Counted from the stretch's first letter, positions 9,964-19,028 are shown. The stretch is 64,000 bases of DNA from an uncultured delta proteobacterium (GCA_963761335.1 CAVXGR010000018.1:960001-1024000); one strand, 5' to 3'. The notes: generated by a model not told the origin, from the sequence alone. Numbers and translations are program-made.

Positions 9964-10164
9964 TCAAAGCTCACGGGCCTTCCCGGCCTTGTAGTCGGCG
10001 AGTGCCTCCGCGATGAGGCCATCGAGCTTGCCTGCTTTTGCGTCCGCCTCGATCTGCTCGTCCCAGACGCGAGCGTCGAACTCGACAACCCAGGCCCGGA
10101 ATCTCGCAAGGTCCCGCGGCGCGAGCTTCGCGATTCGCTCCTCGAGTTGCTCGACTTCACTCAT
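9964..10164 (-). CDS. Small antitoxin-like protein (orphan, cognate toxin absent)
   Basis: 66 aa with GGAGGTG RBS; WDEQIEADAKAGKLD motif recalled from small TA-associated proteins. Confidence 0.65.
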   Translation of the reverse strand: MSEVEQLEERIAKLAPRDLARFRAWVVEFDARVWDEQIEADAKAGKLDGLIAEALADYKAGKAREL

Positions 10165-10219
10165 TCGTTCACCTCCGGTTGCAACGGCATTCTACACGAC
10201 GCGTCGGTGGGCGGCTAAC

Positions 10220-11908
10220 GAGCTTGTAGAAAAACTCGGTGGCGCTTGGCAAACGCCGCCCACAGTTGCAGCCGTGTCAGTTTTATCTTACCTGCGGTTC
10301 GGTTTGGTCGGACAGTTGTAGGCACGGGTTCTCCCATCCTCCGGGTTCACGCCGTTGCGTAGTTCGCGATCTTCTCGATGTTGTGCACCAGCGTGAACAG
10401 CTTCCACTGCGTGCTCACCTTGCCCTGGCCGCGCAGCGTGAAGCGGCGCATCCCCTTGTTCTGTATGTTTGCAAACACCGGCTCCACCGTGGCGATCCGT
10501 CTGCCGTAGATCAATCGGCCCAGCGCACTGTCGATCTTGCGCTTCATCGCCTCGATCGCCGCCGGCGGCGCCTTCGGCACCCGGGGCCTCCCAGGCTCCC
10601 GCCCCTTGAAGAACACCACTTGCCGTTGCCCGGTTCGGTCCGGGTATCAATCTCAGACACTGCTGGCGTAGCTCGCACGGTCCGCACGCGCTCTTCGGCG
10701 CCTTGAAGTGTGCGCCCCGATACCCGCTCGTGACAATGTCCACTCTGCTGCGGTACAGCCTGTGCCCTGCCGGACAGATGCACGTCTGCTTGCCTTCGGC
10801 GTAGACGAAGTCCCCCGGCGTGAACCACTTGGGCTCAGCACTCCCGCTGTGTCGGCGTCGCTGGTCCTTGCGGTGGCGTTCCTTGTACCGGCCCGCATTC
10901 GCAAACGCCGGGTCCCGCCGCCTCATCTCCCGATCCGCCACGTACGCATCCACTTCGCTGTTGGCGATGTACTCCATGCTCTGCTTGCTGTGGTACCCAC
11001 TGTCGGCCGTAAGCGTTGCCTTCGCAAACACATCCTCCCTGCGCCCGATCGCCTCGAAGCTCTCCCGCGTTGCCTTCACCATGGGTTCGAGCAGGTGATT
11101 CTCTTGCCCCTCACCCAGCGCCTGCGCATGCACCACGATCTGGTGGCGCTCATCCACCACCGCCACCCCGTTGTACCCCTGGATCACCCCGTGCGCCGTC
11201 GACATCTTCGCACTGTCCGGATCGGTGATGTTGCGCTTGCGCTCGTTTCCGCTCGGACCCATATTCTTCTCGGCGCGCGATAGAAACGCCTTGATCTTCC
11301 TGATCTTCTCCCGATAGGTCGCCAGCTTCTTCTCTTCCTGCTCGGCCACCGGACCCTGCTCCTCGCGCTCGTCGCGCTGGCGATGCCGGCCGACAAGCTC
11401 GCGCGCCGTCTTCTCCATCTTCTTCTGCCGCTCGCGCAGCTCCTCGTGCGTCCCGCTCCACTGCTTGGAGGCATTCGACGGCAGCTTGCACCCGTCCACG
11501 GCGAAGTGCTCCTTGCCGATCAGCCCGAGCTCCTCGCAGTACAGCAGCACGTCGCGGAAAAGCGCCACGATCTCGCTCTCCAGCTCGCTCACGAACGCGG
11601 CAATGGTCGTAAAGTGCGGTCGCATGTCCGCCGACAGCGCCATGAACACCCCCCGTGTCGTCGTTGCCGTGGCGCTGCTCGAACACGCTCAGATCCAGAT
11701 GCTCTTCCACGATCTCGTTGAGCGCGTACTCGAACGAGCCCGGCACGATCTGATCGGCGTAGCTCAGCGGGATCATCTTGTCCTGCTTGAGATTGTACGG
11801 CTTGTACCGCGCCATCCGCCCCTCCTCACCACCTCAGCCGTCCGAGCATCACCCCGATGCTCGCTTGCACTGATTCTACAGGGGTTAGACGGGTTTTCCT
11901 ACAGCCTC
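10220..11908 (-). mobile_element. IS1182-family insertion sequence (defective), inserted in attC
   Basis: Imperfect terminal IRs GAGCTTGTAGAAAAACTCG / CGGGTTTTCCTACAGCCTC; AAC direct repeats at 10217-10219 and 11909-11911; internal transposase. Confidence 0.85.
10347..11815 (-). pseudogene. IS1182-family DDE transposase, broken across three frames
   Basis: PHFTTIA, AVDGCK, NITDPDS, QGYN, ADSGY, CPAG, VEPVFANI, RRFTLRG motifs; breaks near 11650 and 10630. Confidence 0.85.
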
Positions 11909-11968
11909 AACGCTGGCCTTCAGCCACGTGCGTCGTTCTGCGCGTCGGCTGGAAGGGCTCTGTTCGGC
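11909..11968 (-). other. attC site split by the IS (remainder of R' at 10213-10219)
   Basis: Removing the IS restores minus-strand GCCGAAC AGAGCCCTTCCAGCC...GGCTGAAGGCCAGC GTTAGCC. Confidence 0.8.
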
Positions 11969-12213
11969 CGTGGCACGTATGCAAGTCGGTCTGGGTCCAA
12001 CAGACGCTCAGCAATGGTGTCTTTTTGGCCCAACCCGGCCATTCCGAGGCCAGGATGGCGGCCGTAAAGGAGCATGTACGGGACACCGAACCTCCTTGAA
12101 GGGCCCATTCTGCATTAGAAATGCAGGCACCAAGCGCGAAAAGGCGCCTCGCAGAAGCGATTCTCGTGCATTCTCCGATGCTTGGCACGGTCCGACCCCG
12201 ATTCCTCCTTTCA

Positions 12214-12521
12214 GCCGGCGGGCGAGCTCGGCGATCAGGGCGGCGCTGCCGCGCGCATCCACCGAGAACTGCCGCTCGAAGGTCTCGGCGGAGACGCGCG
12301 TGATCTTGCGGCCGAGCCTGTCGCGCGTCTCTGCGGAGAACGTGTCCGCCAGCCAGCCACTTGCATTGTTGACGAGAATGTCGACCGGGCCGAGCTCCGC
12401 CTCCGCCGTGTCGAACAGCCGGCTCGGCGTCTCTGAGTCGGCGAGGTCGGCTTCCAGGGCGACCGCTTGGCCACCGGAAGCGACGATCGCAGCGACGACG
12501 CGACCGGCATCCGCGGCGCGG
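12214..12521. repeat. 308-bp direct repeat, copy 2 (SDR fragment inside the cassette array)
   Basis: Identical by eye to 5907-6214. Confidence 0.9.
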
Positions 12522-13095
12522 TCGCTTTGGTGAAATCTTCGGGCGGCGGGCTGACGAGCGTGTAGGCGCGCTTCTCGTCCTCGGCTGCTGGCGTAGCGTA
12601 ATACTCTCGGATCGCTTCGCAGTCTGGATGCAGCACGACGGTTCTACCCGCAGCGGGCTTGACGTCGTCGCCACGCGTTACCGCGAATGCCTGTCCCGCG
12701 ATAGAGCCGGTTCCGGGCTGTGAGAAGTAGGTAGGAGGCGAGCCGCCGGGCGGGAAAAACTTAAAGAGTATCTCATCGCTGATGAACACTCGTGGAGATC
12801 GGAACAACATCAATATCCCGGCCGTGAACACAGTCCCCGTTACTCGGCCTCGCGAGACACGGGTTTCGATTTCACCGCTGCCCACCGGTGTGCCCTTGTA
12901 TTCCAGCCGGTACTGCCATGGCCCGTGCATGTTGGCGCCTGGATTGGTCGTGAAGGTGACGGGCGTGTCGCCGACGGCCTTCTCATTGATGTAAATCGAT
13001 GCGCCCGGCGGACTACTCTTGAGTCGCACACTCTCCGAACAGCCGCACAGCAGCACAGCCAGCAACGCGAAGTGCCCTGCGTAACTCCTCTTCAT
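12522..13095 (-). pseudogene. PEGA-domain lipoprotein cassette gene, 3' end disrupted by the SDR duplicate
   Basis: Lipobox LLCGC; SSPPGASIYIN...VGDTP PEGA-like motif; the ORF runs into the foreign 308-bp segment. Confidence 0.65.
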
Positions 13096-13194
13096 AGCCT
13101 GCTCCCGCCCAGTTCCGGAGCAATTCGCAGGTTCGCTTTGTGTCCGCCCATGTGAGTATCACCTCGCAACCTCCTGGTCGAACGCTCACACACC

Positions 13195-13258
13195 GCCGAA
13201 CGCGAGCGGTCAGCCGCGCGGGCCGCAGGCCCGCGTCGTCTGCACCGGTTTGTTAGAC
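13195..13258 (-). other. attC site
   Basis: Minus strand GTCTAAC AAACCGGTGCAGACGACGCGGGCC TGC GGCCCGCGCGGCTGACCGCTCGC GTTCGGC, 64 bp. Confidence 0.85.
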
Positions 13259-13270
13259 CCGCGCTGGCGC

Positions 13271-13870
13271 CTACTCGAAACATGCACGCATCCGGTCGAT
13301 CTCGCCTGTTCGCTTGATCACCCAGAACGATCCGATATCGATCGGGACGCGTGACGCCACGATCGGGTACTGGTCGGTCGTCGCATCGTAGCGGCGCACA
13401 ACACCGGCGTATGAAAGTGCGACGCTCTGATACGGCTCTTGAGGTTCACACGGATTGGCACCCCCGGCGTGCTCCTCGATCTCGATCGAGATCTCCCCGA
13501 GAAGAGCAGCCACGAGCGCAGGCGGCACTCCGTTCGTCAAGCTCGTGGGCAATCGCGAATTCCCACCGTCCTTCACATACGCATGTTCATACGACGAGCC
13601 GTGGCCCAGCGCGGCAAGCTCGGTGGCTGCAGCCTTCGACAGTGCGAATGGACCGCGGACGACGGCGAAGTGGTTCGGCTTCAGAGCTGGATAGAGATCC
13701 GTGTCGAGGACCCATCCACCATTCACTGCCGCCCATGCTTGAGCTTGCGTTTGGGAATCGAAGGTTGCGGTAATGACGAACGAGTCGCCAGCGACAGCGA
13801 CACCGCAGCCCAGAATCCAGACCGCGATGATGACCACGACCATGATCGCCCTCTCGCTCATCTGTGCCAT
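13271..13870 (-). CDS. Secreted hypothetical cassette protein with a SPOR-like N-terminal region
   Basis: Signal peptide; FAVVRGPF...AYVK SPOR-like pattern; fills the space between two attC sites. Confidence 0.6.
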   Translation of the reverse strand: MAQMSERAIMVVVIIAVWILGCGVAVAGDSFVITATFDSQTQAQAWAAVNGGWVLDTDLYPALKPNHFAVVRGPFALSKAAATELAALGHGSSYEHAYVKDGGNSRLPTSLTNGVPPALVAALLGEISIEIEEHAGGANPCEPQEPYQSVALSYAGVVRRYDATTDQYPIVASRVPIDIGSFWVIKRTGEIDRMRACFE

Positions 13871-13881
13871 TTCGCTTACTG

Positions 13882-13944
13882 GTCTAACGCTGTGCCGATG
13901 AGCCGCGCGTTCTTTTCGCGGCGGGCTCGATCGACTGGTTCGGC
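13882..13944 (-). other. attC site
   Basis: Minus strand GCCGAAC CAGTCGATCGAGCCCGCCGCG...CGCGCGGCTCATCGGCACAGC GTTAGAC, 63 bp. Confidence 0.85.
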
Positions 13945-13986
13945 GCGCCGCTTGGCTGTTCGGGTTCTTGCTGGTACGCTCCACTC

Positions 13987-14232
13987 ATGACAGCAACCGC
14001 AGAGAGCGTTCTCCAAGACGCCCTCAAACTTCCAGAAGAGGACAGAGCGGAGATCGCCGCTCGGCTGATTGCCAGTCTGGATGCGGAAAGCAGCGAGAGT
14101 CGAGACGATGTGGAAGAGGCGTGGGCGGCGGAGATCGAGCGCCGGTGCGAAGCTCTGGATGCCGGCACGACGACAACCCAAAGCTGGGAAGAAGTGCGGC
14201 GCCGGATCGAAGCGGACTTTCTCCGCAAGTGA
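13987..14232 (+). CDS. Addiction-module antitoxin component
   Basis: ALKLPEEDRAEIAARLIASL...WAAEIERR...SWEEV pattern. Confidence 0.8.
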   Translation: MTATAESVLQDALKLPEEDRAEIAARLIASLDAESSESRDDVEEAWAAEIERRCEALDAGTTTTQSWEEVRRRIEADFLRK

Positions 14233-14537
14233 CGAAGCCGGTTCGCTTCGAGGAAGACGCCGAGGAGGAGCTGCGGGCTGCGATCGCGTGGTACGAAGGC
14301 CAGCGCCCGGGTCTCGGTGGTGCACTCCTTGCCGAAGTGCAGCGCGTAATCGATCTGATTGAGAACTGTCCCGCCGTCGGCGCGCAGGTTCCGAAGGTCC
14401 GAACTCAATACGAAACGCGCAGGATTCCCCTCCACCGGTTCCCCTACGTGGTCGTGTACCGCGAGCGTACGGACGTGTCACAGGTAGTCGCCTTCGCTCA
14501 TACCAGCCGCAAGCCGGGATACTGGCGTTCTCGTTGA
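14229..14537 (+). CDS. RelE/ParE family toxin
   Basis: GTGA overlap with the antitoxin; AEEELRAAIAWYEGQRPGLG...RFPYVVVY...AFAHTSRKPGYW. Confidence 0.85.
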   Translation: MTKPVRFEEDAEEELRAAIAWYEGQRPGLGGALLAEVQRVIDLIENCPAVGAQVPKVRTQYETRRIPLHRFPYVVVYRERTDVSQVVAFAHTSRKPGYWRSR

Positions 14538-14552
14538 CTGCTGCTCGATGTC

Positions 14553-14613
14553 GCCGAACGCTCAGTTTCAGCGGCGCGCCTTTCGGCGCCTCCGCTGGAA
14601 GCTGTTGTTCGGG
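14553..14613 (-). other. attC site
   Basis: Minus strand CCCGAAC AACAGCTTCCAGCGGAGGCGCCGAAAGGCGCGCCGCTGAAACTGAGC GTTCGGC, 61 bp. Confidence 0.85.
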
Positions 14614-14734
14614 CCTCTCTGCCTCTCGGGTCGGAATCGCTATCGGCACCGGGATCGATTCTGACCGTGGCGTATTCGGATCGAGTCTTCGCCGCGGCGC
14701 GGTAGACGTCATGTCGCTCGTGGCCAAAACTCAT
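14614..14734 (-). pseudogene. Four-helix-bundle (IVP/Avd-like) cassette gene, internally deleted
   Basis: MSFGHERHDVYRAA N-terminus joined directly to a ...SEYATVRIDPGADSDSDP tail; flanked by GATACC-type hexamer repeats. Confidence 0.6.
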
Positions 14735-14781
14735 CTCGTCGCCTTCGATACCGATACCGATTTCGACCCCGATTCAATCAG

Positions 14782-14844
14782 ACCGAACGGCTTGGCGATG
14801 AGCCGCGCGTTCTCTTCGCGCCGGTCTCGATCGCCTTGTTCGGC
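14782..14844 (-). other. attC site
   Basis: Minus strand GCCGAAC AAGGCGATCGAGACC...CGCGCGGCTCATCGCCAAGCC GTTCGGT, 63 bp; closely resembles 13882-13944. Confidence 0.85.
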
Positions 14845-14851
14845 GACCCCA

Positions 14852-15067
14852 TCACGCGTACATGAGCCGGCGTCTCTTCGGCTCGGGGATGGGGTCCCCG
14901 AATTCGGTTGCCGTGTCGATCCAGAGCTGCATGGCGTCCTTGGCGTTCGCTAGGGCTGTCTCTTGCGTATCACCGTGCGCCATACATCCGGGAAGCTCCG
15001 GCACCTCCGCTACGAACACTCCGTCCTCATCGCTCCAATAGAGAATGATTTCGTAGTTCAGCGTCAC
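14852..15067 (-). CDS. hicB: HicB family antitoxin
   Basis: FVAEVPELPGCMAHGDTQETALAN...W...GDPIPEP. Confidence 0.9.
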   Translation of the reverse strand: MTLNYEIILYWSDEDGVFVAEVPELPGCMAHGDTQETALANAKDAMQLWIDTATEFGDPIPEPKRRRLMYA

Positions 15068-15318
15068 ACTGGGCCTCCGAGTTTATACCTTAGAATTGTC
15101 GCGCGCACTTGTCGCACCTGGTACACCTTGGCTTTGCTTCCCTCGCGTTGCAGGTTGATCTTCTCCTCGACGCCAGCCTTCCGGAACATATGGTGACTTC
15201 CGCGTATGCGCTCCTCAAAGCCTAGCCGGCGCAGCAGCTGACGGAGGTCGTTGAAGGCGATGTTCGCGTCCGATGTCCCGCGGAGTATGCGAGCCAGGAG
15301 ATCATCGTACTTCCCCAC
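15064..15318 (-). CDS. hicA: HicA family toxin
   Basis: LLRRLGFEERIRGSHH...KAKVYQVRQV; 4-bp overlap with hicB. Confidence 0.85.
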   Translation of the reverse strand: MGKYDDLLARILRGTSDANIAFNDLRQLLRRLGFEERIRGSHHMFRKAGVEEKINLQREGSKAKVYQVRQVRATILRYKLGGPV

Positions 15319-15357
15319 GCCCCCCGCTTACAACAACTCTGCACCGTTGCCTAGCGC

Positions 15358-15375
15358 GCCGAACAATAATTGACC
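15358..15375 (-). other. Probable attI recombination site (first cassette boundary)
   Basis: Minus strand AT-rich GGTCAATTATT-GTTCGGC with no partner palindrome; the core matches R'' of the first attC. Confidence 0.55.
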
Positions 15376-15637
15376 TTCCGATGGGTACTAAACCTGCGGC
15401 ATAGCGGCCGTCCGACTGATCCCCGTTACGGAGAGAATCTTTTCGCAAATCGGGTGCTTGGATCCGGAATCGCTTGTCATCGACCGGGTTGCTATGCCGC
15501 TTGGCGCTGCGGCCGAATGTGCTGGATCTGCGGCGATCTTCAAGGCGGCTGCATATGCCGCGCGCTTCCGCAGCGTAGCGTCCTTCGAGTGTGTCGGCCT
15601 CATTGGCAACTCTCTCCTGACAGATCCGGTACTTGGC

Positions 15638-15945
15638 TCACGACGGCTTCTCGCCGCCAGGATTGCTACGCGGCGCGTCGGCGCGGGCGATCACGCCAGA
15701 GCCTCCCGCGAGCGGTCGGTCGGCCGGGCTCCGGACGCCATGCCCGCCTCGGTTCAGGACATGCGTGTAGATCATCGTCGTCTTCACGTCGCGATGGCCC
15801 AGCAGCTCCTGGACCGTGCGGATGTCGTAGCCGGCCTCGATGAGGTGGGTCGCGAAGCAGTGTCGCAGCGTGTGCGGGCCAACTGGCTTGGCGATCCCGG
15901 CTTTGCGTGCCGCGTCGTGGACGGCGCGTTGGGGGACAGATTCGG
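15638..15945 (-). pseudogene. intI: Integron integrase, C-terminal fragment only
   Basis: ESVPQRAV...[54 protein letters not shown], a typical IntI tail; no integrase-like sequence seen upstream. Confidence 0.85.
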
Positions 15946-16358
15946 CTTGCACTTGGGGGGGGCTCGTAGATCTCTTCCGGTTCGTACACGGTGGCGGGCC
16001 CGACCGCCACTTGCACCCAAGCGGGGTATTGGCATCCATGCGGCTCGATTGGTTCGATCATGCGTCCCGCGCCACTGTGTGAGGAGTGGATAGTGGAGAT
16101 GTTTGCCGGGTGTCAAGCTCAGGCTAACCTGTCTGTCGCTGCTCAGGCTAACCTGTCCTAGCCTGTCCCCTGCGGTCCGGCCCCCCGCGGCCATCTTGGC
16201 CACCCGATCCGATCTCCGGCCGCGATCAGGCTGCCCCGCTCGACAGCTCCGCGCCATGGGTGCCAAGATGCGTGCGATGAGCTTCGGGGGGACCTCGTGG
16301 TGATGACTGCATTTCACCGTGATCGTGTGGGGCGAGGGGCCTCCTCTGAGGCGACAAG

Positions 16359-17753
16359 GTGAGCGAGCACCGTCTGCGGCGGATCGCCTGGCTGATCGGA
16401 GGCTGCTGCCTGCTGGCCGGCTGCGCCACGGCCCGACCGGACCGCGCCCTCGAGGTGGTCACCGGCCTCATCAGCCACAATCTCTGCTCCGAGGTGTTTG
16501 TCACCGGCCTCGATCCCGACGATGCCTATGCGCAGGCGCTGGCGCCGCGGCCGGGCATGGGCCTGATCAACTGGGCCGTTCACTACGATGTCGACCGCGA
16601 GCAGCGGCAGGTGACGACCACGCTGGCCGGGGGCTTCGCCAGCCGCGCACGGTATCGCGACGGTCTGGGATGCGTGCTGGTGCACGGCGAGGTGCCGGCG
16701 GACACTCGACCGGCAGGAGACCAAACGGCTCGAGCAGTGCTGCCCGAGATCGCCGGACCGGCGCCGGTCGAGACGGCCGACGCACGCCTGCGCGCCGCCC
16801 TCGACCTCGCCTTCGCGGAGCCCGAGCATCCGCCCTATCGACGGACGAGAGCGGTCGTCGTCGTGCACGACGGCCGTGTCGTTGCCGAGCGCTATGCGCC
16901 CGGATACGGCATCGACACGCCATTCCTGGGCTACTCGGCGACCAAGTCCGTGATCAGCGCCCTGGTCGGTGTCCTGGTGCGCGACGGGCGGCTTTCGGTC
17001 GGTGATCCGGCGCCGGTGACCGCCTGGGCAGGGCAGGGCGACCCCCGACACGCGATCACCCTCGACCACCTGCTGCGCATGACCAGCGGCCTGGCGCTCG
17101 ACGAGACCGATACTCCCTTCGCCCCGGTGGCCCGCATGCTCTATCTCGAGCGCGACATGGCGGGGTATGCGGAGAGCGTCCCCCTCGACGCCGCGCCCGG
17201 AAGCCGCTGGCGTTATACCAGCGGCAACACTCTCATCGTGTCGCGGATCGTTCGCGACGCCGCCGGCGGAACCGCGGCCGATGTGCTCCGCTTCGCGCGC
17301 CAAGAGCTGTTCGCGCCGCTCGGCATGCGCCACGTGACCCTGGAGGTCGACGCCACCGGAACGCCCGTCGGCTCGACGTACATGCTGGCCTCGGCGCGCG
17401 ACTGGGCTCGCTTCGGGATGCTCTATCTCGATGACGGCGTCGTCGGTGGCCGGCGTATTCTTCCGGAGGGGTGGGTGCGCTACTCGACCATGCCGACCCT
17501 GGACACCGGCTACGGCGCCGGCTTCTGGACCAATCTCGTCGGCGGTCACATCCCCTGGTCGTCGGTCGTCTGGAGCATACCGGGGGCGCCGCGCGACACG
17601 TTCTATGCGCGCGGGCTGCTCGGGCAGTACGTCGTGGTGATTCCCTCGCAGCGGCTGGTGATCGCGCGCCTCGGTCTGTCACACGGCCCCGGAGCAGACA
17701 TCGAAGGCGTCGGCCGTCTGGTTACGGACGTGATCGAGGCGTTTCAGAGCTGA
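16359..17753 (+). CDS. Serine hydrolase, beta-lactamase (class C-like) family lipoprotein
   Basis: Lipobox LAGC; SATK (SxxK), LLRMTSG, YTSGN. Confidence 0.85.
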   Translation: MSEHRLRRIAWLIGGCCLLAGCATARPDRALEVVTGLISHNLCSEVFVTGLDPDDAYAQALAPRPGMGLINWAVHYDVDREQRQVTTTLAGGFASRARYRDGLGCVLVHGEVPADTRPAGDQTARAVLPEIAGPAPVETADARLRAALDLAFAEPEHPPYRRTRAVVVVHDGRVVAERYAPGYGIDTPFLGYSATKSVISALVGVLVRDGRLSVGDPAPVTAWAGQGDPRHAITLDHLLRMTSGLALDETDTPFAPVARMLYLERDMAGYAESVPLDAAPGSRWRYTSGNTLIVSRIVRDAAGGTAADVLRFARQELFAPLGMRHVTLEVDATGTPVGSTYMLASARDWARFGMLYLDDGVVGGRRILPEGWVRYSTMPTLDTGYGAGFWTNLVGGHIPWSSVVWSIPGAPRDTFYARGLLGQYVVVIPSQRLVIARLGLSHGPGADIEGVGRLVTDVIEAFQS

Positions 17754-17815
17754 GGCGATGGCTGCTCGCCGCAAAGGCCTGGCGGTCTGCGGCGGAGAGA
17801 GTAGGATTTGAGCAC

Positions 17816-18094
17816 ATGATTGAGGTGCGCCAGACGGGGACAGGGGAGCCGCTCGAGTTTCGCGTCACGGTCCGAGACGACGGTGGCGAGAGCCGCCACC
17901 GCGTGACCATGAGCGAGGCGACCTTCGAGAAGCTCGGTGGCGGCAAGCGCAACGCCGAGGACTGCGTGCGCGCCGCCTTTGGCTTCCTGCTCGACCGGGA
18001 GTCGAAGGAGGCGATCCTCGAGCGCTTCGACGTCAGCGTGATCTCGCGCTACTTCCCCGAGTTCGAGCGCGAGATCGGCCGATATCTGGAGTAG
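17816..18094 (+). CDS. Hypothetical protein (92 aa)
   Basis: Coding-like composition; FLLDRESKEAIL...ISRYFPEFE motif recalled from small conserved proteins. Confidence 0.7.
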   Translation: MIEVRQTGTGEPLEFRVTVRDDGGESRHRVTMSEATFEKLGGGKRNAEDCVRAAFGFLLDRESKEAILERFDVSVISRYFPEFEREIGRYLE

Positions 18095-18119
18095 CGGGAG
18101 CGGCCGCCGCCAGAGCACC

Positions 18120-19028
18120 TCAGCTCACCGGCGGCGGCTCGAGCGGCATGACCTCGTGGAAGCGCGCGTAGTCGATGATGCGGCGTCCCTCGTCGTCGAA
18201 ATGCAGGATGTCGACGAAGCGCGCGTGCCAGGCGATGTCGTCGGCGTTGTAAGCGTGCCGGGCATGCACCGTCTGCATAAGGGCGTCGTCGAGGCCCATC
18301 ACGGTGACCAGCACGGAGGCATTGGCGGCCGCGAGCCTTTCCGGGGTGGCGCCGAACAGCGGGCTGGTCTCGAGCAGCGGATGGTAGACGGTCCAGGTGA
18401 GCTGGAAGAGCGGGGTGGAGTTGCGCAGCAGCGGCAGATCGTGAAAGCGGCGGATGTGCTCCCCGTCACTGGTGATCTCGTCGCGGGCCAGGGACACGCG
18501 GATCTGTGCCTCGACGATCTGGTTGGCGCGCTCGTTGCCGATGCGCAGCATGAGCATTGGGGTGCCGTCATGGCGCCCGACGACGGCGTGGCGGCTGAAG
18601 AGGATGCGCGCCGTCGGCGTGGAGAACTTGGCGAACACCAGGCCGGTGACCGTGGCGGTGAGCAGCAGGCCGAAGAGAGCTTCGGCCGTCATCAGCAGGT
18701 GCGCCGCGGTTCCGAGCGGCGCCATGGTTCCGTAGCCGATGGTGGACATGGTCTCGACGCTGAAGAAGAAGGCGTCGGCAAATGACCCCGGGCGAGCGTT
18801 GGTGATGACGTCGCCGCAGGCCAGGAAGGCCAGGGCGAAGAGGGCATTGCTAACCATGTAGAAGATGCAGATGCCGGCGAGCAATCGCAGCCAGGAGGCG
18901 CTGCGTAGGCCGAAGTAGAGATCGCTCGGGCGCAGCGCTCCGCGCCCGAGCCGCACGGCGTTGACGCGGCCGTTGGGCCACATCGGTCGGTGACGGCGGC
19001 GGAAGGGGCCCAACCGGGTCGAGCTCAT
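18120..19028 (-). CDS. Inward-rectifier potassium channel (KirBac)
   Basis: [14 protein letters not shown] filter; [20 protein letters not shown]. Confidence 0.9.
   Translation of the reverse strand: MSSTRLGPFRRRHRPMWPNGRVNAVRLGRGALRPSDLYFGLRSASWLRLLAGICIFYMVSNALFALAFLACGDVITNARPGSFADAFFFSVETMSTIGYGTMAPLGTAAHLLMTAEALFGLLLTATVTGLVFAKFSTPTARILFSRHAVVGRHDGTPMLMLRIGNERANQIVEAQIRVSLARDEITSDGEHIRRFHDLPLLRNSTPLFQLTWTVYHPLLETSPLFGATPERLAAANASVLVTVMGLDDALMQTVHARHAYNADDIAWHARFVDILHFDDEGRRIIDYARFHEVMPLEPPPVS

Noticed and set aside
9251..9967. 238-aa ORF as a single gene
   Set aside because: Reads through an attC site and joins pieces of separate cassettes
11969..12213. Identity of the coding remnant between the split attC and the SDR duplicate
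   Set aside because: No frame gives a recognisable protein
14614..14734. Diversity-generating retroelement suggested by the Avd-like remnant and the 308-bp repeat pair
   Set aside because: No reverse transcriptase in the window, and the repeats are identical with no adenine-specific mismatches
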